Origin: the human T2T-CHM13v2.0 reference genome, Homo sapiens
Length of the DNA: 64,000 nt
Direction: 5' to 3' (one strand)
NCBI RefSeq assembly: GCF_009914755.1
Contig: NC_060948.1
Shown here: piece after piece, positions 25,042 to 40,600 of the stretch
Numbering within the stretch: position 1 is the stretch's first letter
How the letters are laid out: every line of letters starts with the position of its first letter
Translations under genes and position numbers: made by a program
The notes under the pieces: model-generated
Database searches by the model: none
Told to the model about the DNA's origin: nothing
What the model saw: the letters and a program-made list of their open reading frames with translations, nothing else

Positions 25042-28000
25042 GAAGTGAATGGACTCCAATGGAATGGATTCCAAAGGAATGGAATCGTACGGAATGGAAT
25101 CTAATGGAATGGAATTAAATGGAAATGAATCAAATTGAATAGCACGGAATTGAATTGAATGGAATGGAATGCAATGGAATCTAATGAAACGGAAAGGAAA
25201 GGAATGGAATGGAATGGAATGGGCTGGAATGGAAAGGAATCGAAACGAATGGAATGGAATCGAAGTGAAGAGACTGGAATGGAATGCACTGGAATGGAAG
25301 GGAGTGTAATGGAAGGTTCTCGAAAAAAATGGAATCGAATGGAATGGAATTGAATGGAACGGAATAGAGTCGAATGGAATTGAATGGAATGGAATGGACT
25401 AGAGTGAAATGGAATCGAACCACAAGGAATGGACAGGAATAGAATGGTCTCGAATTGAATGGAATCGTATGGAATGGCATCAAACGGAATGGAATGGACA
25501 GCCACGGAATGGAATGCACTCGAATGCAATGGAGTCGAAACTAATGGACTGGAATAGAATGGACTCGACTGGTACGGACTCCAATGGAATGGAATCGAAT
25601 GGAAGGGAATCGAACGGAATGGACTCGAAGGGAAAAGACTGCAATGGAAAGGTCTCGAATGGAATGGAAATTAATGGAATGGAATGGAATCGAATGAAAT
25701 GGAGTCAAAAGGAATGGAATCGAATGGCAAGAAATCGAATGTAATGGAATCGCCAGGAATTGATGTGAACGGAACGGAATGGAATGGAATCCAAAGGAAT
25801 GGAATAGAATGGAATGGAATCGAATGGAAAGGACTCGAATGGAAATCACTCGAATAGAATGCAATTTAATAAAATAGGATCAAATGTAATGGAATGGAAT
25901 GGAAAGGAATCGAAACGAAAGGAATGGAGACAGATGGAATGGAATGGAACAGAGAGCAATGGTATAGAACGGAATGGAATCATCTGGAATGGAATTGAAT
26001 GGAATGGAATAATATGAAATGGAATGGAATGGAATGGAATGGAATGCCCTTGAATTAAATGGACTGGAATGGAATGGACTCAAACAGAGTGGAATGGAAA
26101 GTGTGGAGATAGAATGGAGTGAACTCCTTTGGAATGGTGTAGTATGCAATGCAATCGACTGGCAGGGAATCAAAAGGAATGTAATCGAATGGATTGGACT
26201 GGAATGCAATGGACTCGAATAGATTGGAAACGGAATGCAAAGGAATGGAATGGAATAGTATGGAATGCAATGGAAGGGAATGGAGTGGAATAGACTAGAG
26301 TGGAATGGAATGGACTGGAAAGCAATGGACTGGAATGGAACTTTCTTGGATGGACTGGAATCAAACGGAATGGAATGCAATGCAATCAAATGGCATGGAA
26401 TAAATTAGAATGAAAGAGAATCAAATGGAATTGAATCGAATGGAATCGAATGGATTGGAAAGGAATAGAATGGAATGGAATGGAATTGACTCAAATGGAA
26501 TGGACTAGAATGGAATGGATTCGAATGGAAGGCAAAGGAATGGAATCTATTGGAATGGACTGTAATGGAATGGAATGGAAGGGATTGGAATGGACTCGAA
26601 TGGAATGGACTGCAATAGAAAGGATTCGAATGGAATGAAAAAGAATTGAATGGAATAGAACAGAATGGAATCAAATCGAATGAAATGGAATGGAATAGAA
26701 AGGAATGGAATGAAATGGAATGGAAAGGATTCGAATGGAATGCAATCGAATGGAATGGAATCGAACGGAATGGAATAAAATGGAAGAAAACTGGCAAGAA
26801 ATGGAATCGAAATGAATGGAGTGTTATGGAACGGACTCAAAAGGAATTGAATGTAATAGAATGGAGTGGAGTGGACTCGAATATAATGGACTGGAATGGA
26901 ATGAAATCACATGGAATGGGAACGAATGGAATGGAATGGAAAGGAATGGAATCGAATGGAAAGGAATCGAATGGAAGGGAATGAAATTGAATCAACACGA
27001 ATGGAAGGGAATAGAATAGACTGTAATGGAATGGACTCGAATAGAATGGACACGAATGCTCAAATTAAATGGACTCGAATGGAATGGAAACGAAAGGAAT
27101 GTCATCGAATGGAATTGAATCAATTGGAATGAAATCGCATAGAATGGAGTGGAATCAAATGGAATTGAATCGAAAGGAAAGGAAGCGAATGGACTGAAAT
27201 GAAATGGAATGGAATTGAATGGAAAGTAATGCAATGGAATAGAATGGAACGAAATTTCACGGAATGGAATCAAACTGAATGGAATCAAATCAATGGAATC
27301 AAATCAAATGGAATGGAAAGGAATTGAATGGAGTAGATGGGATTGGATGGGATTGGAATGAAATGTACTGGAAAGGACTCGAATTTCATGAAACGGAATG
27401 GAATGAATTGGAACGGAATGGACTCGAATGGAATGGAATGTCATGGGATGGCATCAAATGGAATGGCATCAAATGGAATGGAATCGAATGCAATGGAATG
27501 CTATGGAATGGAATGGAATGCATTGGAATGGAATGTCCTCTAATGGAATGGATTCGAGTGGAATGGAATTGAATATAATGGAGTCGAATGAAATGGAATT
27601 GAAAGGAATGGGATCGAATACAATGGAATATACTGGAATGTAACGTAATGAACTCGAATGTAATTGACTGGAATGGAATGTACATGAATGGAATGTAATC
27701 GAATGGAAAGTAATCCAATGGAATAGATTCTAATGCAATAAAATCGACTCAGATAGAGTAGAATGTAATGGAATGGAGTGCAGTGCAATGGAATGGAATG
27801 GAATGGAATGCAATGGAATGGAATGGAATGGAATGGAATGGAATGGAATGGGATGGAATGGTATGGAATGGATAGTAATGGACTGGAGTGAAATGGACTG
27901 GAAAGGAATGGACTCAAATTGAAAGGGCTCGAAAGGAATGGAGTCAAATGGAATGGTCTGGAATGGAATTAACACGAATGTAATGCAACCCAATAGAATG

Positions 28001-28600
28001 GAATCGAATGGCATGGAATATAAAGAAATGGAATCGAAGAGAATGGAAACAAAGGGAATGGAATTGAATGGAATGGAATTGAATGGAATGGGAACGAATG
28101 GAGTGAAATTGTATGCAGTAGAAGAGAATAGAATGGAATGCAAGCGAAAGGAAAGGAATGGATTGGAATGGAATGGAATTCATTGGAATGGAAGGGAATG
28201 TAGTGTAATGGACAGGCCTGGAATAAAGTGGAATGCTACGGTCTCGAATGGAATAAAAATGTATGGAATGGAATGCAATGAAACGGAATCGAATGTCATA
28301 GAATGTAATGGAATGCAAAAAAATGGAATCCAAAATCATTGACTGGAAAGGCTGGGTGTCGAAAGGAATTGACTCCAATGGAATGGAATCGAATGGAATG
28401 GAAGTGAATAGAATCGAACTAAATCGAATGGAATGGAATTGATAGGAACGGAATGGAAAGGAATGCAATGATTTGGCATGGAATGGAATCGAATGGCATC
28501 GAATGGAATGGAATGGAATGCAATGGAATGGAATGTATTAGAATGTAATGAACTTTAATGGAATGTACTCGAATGGATTCGACTGGAATGGAATGTTCTG
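25042..28600 (+). repeat. DYZ1 unit 8 (3559 bp)
   Basis: Marker ORF shifts 25101 to 28660. 15-bp short allele plus (GGAAT)7. Confidence 0.95.
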
Positions 28601-31600
28601 GAAGTGAATGGACTCCAATGGAATGGATTCAAAAGGAATGGAATCGTACGGAATGGTATCTAATGGAATGGAATTAAATGGAAATGAATCAAATTGAATA
28701 GCACGGAATTGAATTGAATGGAATGGAATGCAATGGAATCTAATGAAACGGAAAGGAAAGGAATGGAATGGAATGGAATGGGCTGGAATGGAAAGGAATC
28801 GAAACGAATGGAATGGAATCGAACTGAAGAGACTGGAATGGAATGCACTGGAATGGAAGGGAGTGTAATGGAAGGTTCTCGAAAAAAATGGAATCGAATG
28901 GAATGGAATTGAATGGAACGGAATAGAGTCGAATGGAATTGAATGGAATGGAATGGACTAGAGTGAAATGGAATCGAACCACAAGGAATGGACAGGAATA
29001 GAATGGTCTCGAATTGAATGGAATCGTATGGAATGGCATCAAACGGAATGGAATGGACAGCCACGGAATGGAATGCACTCGAATGCAATGGAGTCGAAAC
29101 TAATGGACTGGAATAGAATGGACTCGACTGGTACGGACTCCAATGGAATGGAATCGAATGGAAGGGAATCGAACGGAAGGGAATCGAACGGAATGGACTC
29201 GAAGGGAAAAGACTGCAATGGAAAGGTCTCGAATGGAATGGAAATTAATGGAATGGAATGGAATCGAATGAAATGGAGTCAAAAGGAATGGAATCGAATG
29301 GCAAGAAATCGAATGTAATGGAATCGCCAGGAATTGATGTGAACGGAACGGAATGGAATGGAATCCAAAGGAATGGAATAGAATGGAATGGAATCGAATG
29401 GAAAGGACTCGAATGGAAATCACTCGAATAGAATGCAATTTAATAAAATAGGATCAAATGTAATGGAATGGAATGGAAAGGAATCGAAACGAAAGGAATG
29501 GAGACAGATGGAATGGAATGGAACAGAGAGCAATGGTATAGAATGGAATGGAATCATCTGGAATGGAATTGAATGGAATGGAATAATATGAAATGGAATG
29601 GAATGGAATGGAATGGAATGCCCTTGAATTAAATGGACTGGAATGGAATGGACTCAAACAGAGTGGAATGGAAAGTGTGGAGATAGAATGGAATGAACTC
29701 CTTTGGAATGGTGTAGTATGCAATGCAATCGACTGGCAGGGAATCAAAAGGAATGTAATCGAATGGATTGGACTGGAATGCAATGGACTCGAATAGATTG
29801 GAAACGGAATGCAAAGGAATGGAATGGAATAGTATGGAATGCAATGGAAGGGAATGGAGTGGAATAGACTAGAGTGGAATGGAATGGACTGGAAAGCAAT
29901 GGACTGGAATGGAACTTTCTTGGATGGACTGGAATCAAACGGAATGGAATGCAGTGCAATCAAATGGCATGGAATAAAATAGAATGAAAGAGAATCAAAT
30001 GGAATTGAATCGAATGGAATCGAATGGATTGGAAAGGAATAGAATGGAATGGAATGGAATTGACTCAAATGGAATGGACTAGAATGGAATGGATTCGAAT
30101 GGAAGGCAAAGGAATGGAATCTATTGGAATGGACTGTAATGGAATGGAATGGAAGGGATTGGAATGGACTCGAATGGAATGGACTGCAATAGAAAGGATT
30201 CGAATGGAATGAAAAAGAATTGAATGGAATAGAACAGAATGGAATCAAATCGAATGAAATGGAATGGAATAGAAAGGAATGGAATGAAATGGAATGGAAA
30301 GGATTCGAATGGAATGCAATCGAATGGAATGGAATCGAACGGAATGGAATAAAATGGAAGAAAACTGGCAAGAAATGGAATCGAAATGAATGGAGTGTTA
30401 TGGAACGGACTCAAAAGGAATTGAATGTAATAGAATGGAGTGGAGTGGACTCGAATATAATGGACTGGAATGGAATGAAATCACATGGAATGGGAACGAA
30501 TGGAATGGAATGGAAAGGAATGGAATCGAATGGAAAGGAATCGAATGGAAGGGAATGAAATTGAATCAACACGAATGGAAGGGAATAGAATAGACTGTAA
30601 TGGAATGGACTCGAATAGAATGGACACGAATGCTCAAATTAAATGGACTCGAATGGAATGGAAACGAAAGGAATGTCATCGAATGGAATTGAATCGATTG
30701 GAATGAAATCGCATAGAATGGAGTGGAATCAAATGGAATTGAATCGAAAGGAAAGGAAGCGAATGGACTGAAATGAAATGGAATGGAATTGAATGGAAAG
30801 TAATGCAATGGAATAGAATGGAACGAAATTTCACGGAATGGAATCAAACTGAATGGAATCAAATCAATGGAATCAAATCAAATGGAATGGAAAGGAATTG
30901 AATGGAGTAGATGGGATTGGATGGGATTGGAATGAAATGTACTGGAAAGGACTCGAATTTCATGAAACGGAATGGAATGAATTGGAACGGAATGGACTCG
31001 AATGGAATGGAATGTCATGGGATGGCATCAAATGGAATGGCATCAAATGGAATGGAATCGAATGCAATGGAATGCTATGGAATGGAATGGAATGCATTGG
31101 AATGGAATGTCCTCTAATGGAATGGATTCGAGTGGAATGGAATTGAATATAATGGAGTCGAATGAAATGGAATTGAAAGGAATGGGATCGAATACAATGG
31201 AATATACTGGAATGTAACGTAATGAACTCGAATGTAATTGACTGGAATGGAATGTACATGAATGGAATGTAATCGAATGGAAAGTAATCCAATGGAATAG
31301 AATCTAATGCAATAAAATCGACTCAGATAGAGTAGAATGTAATGGAATGGAGTGCAGTGCAATGGAATGGAATGGAATGGAATGCAATGGAATGGAATGG
31401 AATGGAATGGGATGGAATGGTATGGAATGGATAGTAATAGACTGGAGTGAAATGGACTGGAAAGGAATGGACTCAAATTGAAAGGGCTCGAAAGGAATGG
31501 AGTCAAATGGAATGGTCTGGAATGGAATGAACACGAATGTAATGCAACCCAATAGAATGGAATCGAATGGCATGGAATATAAAGAAATGGAATCGAAGAG

Positions 31601-34600
31601 AATGGAAACAAAGGGAATGGAATTGAATGGAATGGAATTGAATGGAATGGGAACGAATGGAGTGAAATTGTATGCAGTAGAAGAGAATAGAATGGAATGC
31701 AAGCGAAAGGAAAGGAATGGATTGGAATGGAATGGAATTCATTGGAATGGAAGGGAATGTAGTGTAATGGACAGGCCTGGAATAAAGTGGAATGCTACGG
31801 TCTCGAGTGGAATAAAAATGTATGGAATGGAATGCAATGAAACGGAATCGAATGTCATAGAATGTAATGGAATGCAAAAAAATGGAATCCAAAATCATTG
31901 ACTGGAAAGGCTGGGTGTCGAAAGGAATTGACTCCAATGGAATGGAATCGAATGGAATGGAAGTGAATAGAATCGAACTAAATCGAATGGAATGGAATTG
32001 ATAGGAACGGAATGGAAAGGAATGCAATGATTTGGCATGGAATGGAATCGAATGGCATCGAATGGAATGGAATGGAATGCAATGGAATGGAATGTATTAG
32101 AATGTAATGAACTTTAATGGAATGTACTCGAATGGATTCGACTGGAATGGAATGTTCTGGAAGTGAATGGACTCCAATGGAATGGATTCAAAAGGAATGG
32201 AATCGTACGGAATGGAATCTAATGGAATGGAATTAAATGGAAATGAATCAAATTGAATAGCACGGAATTGAATTGAATGGAATGGAATGCAATGGAATCT
32301 AATGAAACGGAAAGGAAAGGAATGGAATGGAATGGAATGGGCTGGAATGGAAAGGAATCGAAACGAATGGAATGGAATCGAAGTGAAGAGACTGGAATGG
32401 AATGCACTGGAATGGAAGGGAGTGTAATGGAAGGTTGTCGAAAAAAATGGAATCGAATGGAATGGAATTGAATGGAACGGAATAGAGTCGAATGGAATTG
32501 AATGGAATGGAATGGACTAGAGTGAAATGGAATCGAACCACAAGGAATGGACAGGAATAGAATGGTCTCGAATTGAATGGAATCGTATGGAATGGCATCA
32601 AACGGAATGGAATGGACAGCCACGGAATGGAATGCACTCGAATGCAATGGAGTCGAAACTAATGGACTGGAATAGAATGGACTCGACTGGTACGGACTCC
32701 AATGGAATGGAATCGAATGGACGGGAATCGAACGGAAGGGAATCGAACGGAATGGACTCGAAGGGAAAAGACTGCAATGGAAAGGTCTCGAATGGAATGG
32801 AAATTAATGGAATGGAATGGAATCGAATGAAATGGAGTCAAAAGGAATGGAATCGAATGGCAAGAAATCGAATGTAATGGAATCGCCAGGAATTGATGTG
32901 AACGGAACGGAATGGAATGGAATCCAAAGGAATGGAATAGAATGGAATGGAATCGAATGGAAAGGACTCGAATGGAAATCACTCGAATAGAATGCAATTT
33001 AATAAAATAGGATCAAATGGAATGGAATGGAAAGGAATCGAAACGAAAGGAATGGAGACAGATGGAATGGAATGGAACAGAGAGCAATGGTATAGAATGG
33101 AATGGAATCATCTGGAATGGAATTGAATGGAATGGAATAATATGAAATGGAATGGAATGGAATGGAGTGGAATGCCCTTGAATTAAATGGACTGGAATGG
33201 AATGGACTCAAACAGAGTGGAATGGAAAGTGTGGAGATAGAATGGAATGAACTCCTTTGGAATGGTGTAGTATGCAATGCAATCGACTGGCAGGGAATCA
33301 AAAGGAATGTAATCGAATGGATTGGACTGGAATGCAATGGACTCGAATAGATTGGAAACGGAATACAAAGGAATGGAATGGAATAGTATGGAATGCAATG
33401 GAAGGGAATGGAGTGGAATAGACTAGAGTGGAATGGAATGGACTGGAAAGCAATGGACTGGAATGGAACTTTCTTGGATGGACTGGAATCAAACGGAATG
33501 GAATGCAGTGCAATCAAATGGCATGGAATAAAATAGAATGAAAGAGAATCAAATGGAATTGAATCGAATGGAATCGAATGGATTGGAAAGGAATAGAATG
33601 GAATGGAATGGAATTGACTCAAATGGAATGGACTAGAATGGAATGGATTCGAATGGAAGGCAAAGGAATGGAATCTATTGGAATGGACTGTAATGGAATG
33701 GAATGGAAGGGATTGGAATGGACTCGAATGGAATGGACTGCAATAGAAAGGATTCGAATGGAATGAAAAAGAATTGAATGGAATAGAACAGAATGGAATC
33801 AAATCGAATGAAATGGAATGGAATAGAAAGGAATGGAATGAAATGGAATGGAAAGGATTCGAATGGAATGCAATCGAATGGAATGGAATCGAACGGAATG
33901 GAATAAAATGGAAGAAAACTGGCAAGAAATGGAATCGAAATGAATGGAGTGTTATGGAACGGACTCAAAAGGAATTGAATGTAATAGAATGGAGTGGAGT
34001 GGACTCGAATATAATGGACTGGAATGGAATGAAATCACATGGAATGGGAACGAATGGAATGGAATGGAAAGGAATGGAATCGAATGGAAAGGAATCGAAT
34101 GGAAGGGAATGAAATTGAATCAACAGGAATGGAAGGGAATAGAATAGACTGTAATGGAATGGACTCGAATAGAATGGACACGAATGCTCAAATTAAATGG
34201 ACTCGAATGGAATGGAAACGAAAGGAATGTCATCGAATGGAATTGAATCGATTGGAATGAAATCGCATAGAATGGAGTGGAATCAAATGGAATTGAATCG
34301 AAAGGAAAGGAAGCGAATGGACTGAAATGAAATGGAATGGAATTGAATGGAAAGTAATGCAATGGAATAGAATGGAACGAAATTTCACGGAATGGAATCA
34401 AACTGAATGGAATCAAATCAATGGAATCAAATCAAATGGAATGGAAAGGAATTGAATGGAGTAGATGGGATTGGATGGGATTGGAATGAAATGTACTGGA
34501 AAGGACTCGAATTTCATGAAACGGAATGGAATGAATTGGAACGGAATGGACTCGAATGGAATGGAATGTCATGGGATGGCATCAAATGGAATGGCATCAA

Positions 34601-37600
34601 ATGGAATGGAATCGAATGCAATGGAATGCTATGGAATGGAATGGAATGCATTGGAATGGAATGTCCTCTAATGGAATGGATTCGAGTGGAATGGAATTGA
34701 ATATAATGGAGTCGAATGAAATGGAATTGAAAGGAATGGGATCGAATACAATGGAATATACTGGAATGTAACGTAATGAACTCGAATGTAATTGACTGGA
34801 ATGGAATGTACATGAATGGAATGTAATCGAATGGAAAGTAATCCAATGGAATAGAATCTAATGCAATAAAATCGACTCAGATAGAGTAGAATGTAATGGA
34901 ATGGAGTGCAGTGCAATGGAATGGAATGGAATGGAATGCAATGGAATGGAATGGAATGGAATGGGATGGAATGGTATGGAATGGATAGTAATAGACTGGA
35001 GTGAAATGGACTGGAAAGGAATGGACTCAAATTGAAAGGGCTCGAAAGGAATGGAGTCAAATGGAATGGTCTGGAATGGAATGAACACGAATGTAATGCA
35101 ACCCAATAGAATGGAATCGAATGGCATGGAATATAAAGAAATGGAATCGAAGAGAATGGAAACAAAGGGAATGGAATTGAATGGAATGGAATTGAATGGA
35201 ATGGGAACGAATGGAGTGAAATTGTATGCAGTAGAAGAGAATAGAATGGAATGCAAGCGAAAGGAAAGGAATGGATTGGAATGGAATGGAATTCATTGGA
35301 ATGGAAGGGAATGTAGTGTAATGGACAGGCCTGGAATAAAGTGGAATGCTACGGTCTCGAGTGGAATAAAAATGTATGGAATGGAATGCAATGAAACGGA
35401 ATCGAATGTCATAGAATGTAATGGAATGCAAAAAAATGGAATCCAAAATCATTGACTGGAAAGGCTGGGTGTCGAAAGGAATTGACTCCAATGGAATGGA
35501 ATCGAATGGAATGGAAGTGAATAGAATCGAACTAAATCGAATGGAATGGAATTGATAGGAACGGAATGGAAAGGAATGCAATGATTTGGCATGGAATGGA
35601 ATCGAATGGCATCGAATGGAATGGAATGGAATGCAATGGAATGGAATGTATTAGAATGTAATGAACTTTAATGGAATGTACTCGAATGGATTCGACTGGA
35701 ATGGAATGTTCTGGAAGTGAATGGACTCCAATGGAATGGATTCAAAAGGAATGGAATCGTACGGAATGGAATCTAATGGAATGGAATTAAATGGAAATGA
35801 ATCAAATTGAATAGCACGGAATTGAATTGAATGGAATGGAATGCAATGGAATCTAATGAAACGGAAAGGAAAGGAATGGAATGGAATGGAATGGGCTGGA
35901 ATGGAAAGGAATCGAAACGAATGGAATGGAATCGAACTGAAGAGACTGGAATGGAATGCACTGGAATGGAAGGGAGTGTAATGGAAGGTTGTCGAAAAAA
36001 ATGGAATCGAATGGAATGGAATTGAATGGAACGGAATAGAGTCGAATGGAATTGAATGGAATGGAATGGACTAGAGTGAAATGGAATCGAACCACAAGGA
36101 ATGGACAGGAATAGAATGGTCTCGAATTGAATGGAATCGTATGGAATGGCATCAAACGGAATGGAATGGACAGCCACGGAATGGAATGCACTCGAATGCA
36201 ATGGAGTCGAAACTAATGGACTGGAATAGAATGGACTCGACTGGTACGGACTCCAATGGAATGGAATCGAATGGACGGGAATCGAACGGAAGGGAATCGA
36301 ACGGAATGGACTCGAAGGGAAAAGACTGCAATGGAAAGGTCTCGAATGGAATGGAAATTAATGGAATGGAATGGAATCGAATGAAATGGAGTCAAAAGGA
36401 ATGGAATCGAATGGCAAGAAATCGAATGTAATGGAATCGCCAGGAATTGATGTGAACGGAACGGAATGGAATGGAATCCAAAGGAATGGAATAGAATGGA
36501 ATGGAATCGAATGGAAAGGACTCGAATGGAAATCACTCGAATAGAATGCAATTTAATAAAATAGGATCAAATGTAATGGAATGGAATGGAAAGGAATCGA
36601 AACGAAAGGAATGGAGACAGATGGAATGGAATGGAACAGAGAGCAATGGTATAGAATGGAATGGAATCATCTGGAATGGAATTGAATGGAATGGAATAAT
36701 ATGAAATGGAATGGAATGGAATGGAATGGAATGCCCTTGAATTAAATGGACTGGAATGGAATGGACTCAAACAGAGTGGAATGGAAAGTGTGGAGATAGA
36801 ATGGAATGAACTCCTTTGGAATGGTGTAGTATGCAATGCAATCGACTGGCAGGGAATCAAAAGGAATGTAATCGAATGGATTGGACTGGAATGCAATGGA
36901 CTCGAATAGATTGGAAACGGAATGCAAAGGAATGGAATGGAATAGTATGGAATGCAATGGAAGGGAATGGAGTGGAATAGACTAGAGTGGAATGGAATGG
37001 ACTGGAAAGCAATGGACTGGAATGGAACTTTCTTGGATGGACTGGAATCAAACGGAATGGAATGCAGTGCAATCAAATGGCATGGAATAAAATAGAATGA
37101 AAGAGAATCAAATGGAATTGAATCGAATGGAATCGAATGGATTGGAAAGGAATAGAATGGAATGGAATGGAATTGACTCAAATGGAATGGACTAGAATGG
37201 AATGGATTCGAATGGAAGGCAAAGGAATGGAATCTATTGGAATGGACTGTAATGGAATGGAATGGAAGGGATTGGAATGGACTCGAATGGAATGGACTGC
37301 AATAGAAAGGATTCGAATGGAATGAAAAAGAATTGAATGGAATAGAACAGAATGGAATGAAATCGAATGAAATGGAATGGAATAGAAAGGAATGGAATGA
37401 AATGGAATGGAAAGGATTCGAATGGAATGCAATCGAATGGAATGGAATCGAACGGAATGGAATAAAATGGAAGAAAACTGGCAAGAAATGGAATCGAAAT
37501 GAATGGAGTGTTATGGAACGGACTCAAAAGGAATTGAATGTAATAGAATGGAGTGGAGTGGACTCGAATATAATGGACTGGAATGGAATGAAATCACATG

Positions 37601-40600
37601 GAATGGGAACGAATGGAATGGAATGGAAAGGAATGGAATCGAATGGAAAGGAATCGAATGGAAGGGAATGAAATTGAATCAACACGAATGGAAGGGAATA
37701 GAATAGACTGTAATGGAATGGACTCGAATAGAATGGACACGAATGCTCAAATTAAATGGACTCGAATGGAATGGAAACGAAAGGAATGTCATCGAATGGA
37801 ATTGAATCGATTGGAATGAAATCGCATAGAATGGAGTGGAATCAAATGGAATTGAATCGAAAGGAAAGGAAGCGAATGGACTGAAATGAAATGGAATGGA
37901 ATTGAATGGAAAGTAATGCAATGGAATAGAATGGAACGAAATTTCACGGAATGGAATCAAACTGAATGGAATCAAATCAATGGAATCAAATCAAATGGAA
38001 TGGAAAGGAATTGAATGGAGTAGATGGGATTGGATGGGATTGGAATGAAATGTACTGGAAAGGACTCGAATTTCATGAAACGGAATGGAATGAATTGGAA
38101 CGGAATGGACTCGAATGGAATGGAATGTCATGGGATGGCATCAAATGGAATGGCATCAAATGGAATGGAATCGAATGCAATGGAATGCTATGGAATGGAA
38201 TGGAATGCATTGGAATGGAATGTCCTCTAATGGAATGGATTCGAGTGGAATGGAATTGAATATAATGGAGTCGAATGAAATGGAATTGAAAGGAATGGGA
38301 TCGAATACAATGGAATATACTGGAATGTAACGTAATGAACTCGAATGTAATTGACTGGAATGGAATGTACATGAATGGAATGTAATCGAATGGAAAGTAA
38401 TCCAATGGAATAGAATCTAATGCAATAAAATCGACTCAGATAGAGTAGAATGTAATGGAATGGAGTGCAGTGCAATGGAATGGAATGGAATGGAATGCAA
38501 TGGAATGGAATGGAATGGAATGGGATGGAATGGTATGGAATGGATAGTAATAGACTGGAGTGAAATGGACTGGAAAGGAATGGACTCAAATTGAAAGGGC
38601 TCGAAAGGAATGGAGTCAAATGGAATGGTCTGGAATGGAATGAACACGAATGTAATGCAACCCAATAGAATGGAATCGAATGGCATGGAATATAAAGAAA
38701 TGGAATCGAAGAGAATGGAAACAAAGGGAATGGAATTGAATGGAATGGAATTGAATGGAATGGGAACGAATGGAGTGAAATTGTATGCAGTAGAAGAGAA
38801 TAGAATGGAATGCAAGCGAAAGGAAAGGAATGGATTGGAATGGAATGGAATTCATTGGAATGGAAGGGAATGTAGTGTAATGGACAGGCCTGGAATAAAG
38901 TGGAATGCTACGGTCTCGAATGGAATAAAAATGTATGGAATGGAATGCAATGAAACGGAATCGAATGTCATAGAATGTAATGGAATGCAAAAAAATGGAA
39001 TCCAAAATCATTGACTGGAAAGGCTGGGTGTCGAAAGGAATTGACTCCAATGGAATGGAATCGAATGGAATGGAAGTGAATAGAATCGAACTAAATCGAA
39101 TGGAATGGAATTGATAGGAACGGAATGGAAAGGAATGCAATGATTTGGCATGGAATGGAATCGAATGGCATCGAATGGAATGGAATGGAATGCAATGGAA
39201 TGGAATGTATTAGAATGTAATGAACTTTAATGGAATGTACTCGAATGGATTCGACTGGAATGGAATGTTCTGGAAGTGAATGGACTCCAATGGAATGGAT
39301 TCAAAAGGAATGGAATCGTACGGAATGGAATCTAATGGAATGGAATTAAATGGAAATGAATCAAATTGAATAGCACGGAATTGAATTGAATGGAATGGAA
39401 TGCAATGGAATCTAATGAAACGGAAAGGAAAGGAATGGAATGGAATGGAATGGGCTGGAATGGAAAGGAATCGAAACGAATGGAATGGAATCGAACTGAA
39501 GAGACTGGAATGGAATGCACTGGAATGGAAGGGAGTGTAATGGAAGGTTGTCGAAAAAAATGGAATCGAATGGAATGGAATTGAATGGAACGGAATAGAG
39601 TCGAATGGAATTGAATGGAATGGAATGGACTAGAGTGAAATGGAATCGAACCACAAGGAATGGACAGGAATAGAATGGTCTCGAATTGAATGGAATCGTA
39701 TGGAATGGCATCAAACGGAATGGAATGGACAGCCACGGAATGGAATGCACTCGAATGCAATGGAGTCGAAACTAATGGACTGGAATAGAATGGACTCGAC
39801 TGGTACGGACTCCAATGGAATGGAATCGAATGGACGGGAATCGAACGGAAGGGAATCGAACGGAATGGACTCGAAGGGAAAAGACTGCAATGGAAAGGTC
39901 TCGAATGGAATGGAAATTAATGGAATGGAATGGAATCGAATGAAATGGAGTCAAAAGGAATGGAATCGAATGGCAAGAAATCGAATGTAATGGAATCGCC
40001 AGGAATTGATGTGAACGGAACGGAATGGAATGGAATCCAAAGGAATGGAATAGAATGGAATGGAATCGAATGGAAAGGACTCGAATGGAAATCACTCGAA
40101 TAGAATGCAATTTAATAAAATAGGATCAAATGTAATGGAATGGAATGGAAAGGAATCGAAACGAAAGGAATGGAGACAGATGGAATGGAATGGAACAGAG
40201 AGCAATGGTATAGAATGGAATGGAATCATCTGGAATGGAATTGAATGGAATGGAATAATATGAAATGGAATGGAATGGAATGGAATGGAATGCCCTTGAA
40301 TTAAATGGACTGGAATGGAATGGACTCAAACAGAGTGGAATGGAAAGTGTGGAGATAGAATGGAATGAACTCCTTTGGAATGGTGTAGTATGCAATGCAA
40401 TCGACTGGCAGGGAATCAAAAGGAATGTAATCGAATGGATTGGACTGGAATGCAATGGACTCGAATAGATTGTAAACGGAATGCAAAGGAATGGAATGGA
40501 ATAGTATGGAATGCAATGGAAGGGAATGGAGTGGAATAGACTAGAGTGGAATGGAATGGACTGGAAAGCACTGGACTGGAATGGAACTTTCTTGGATGGA

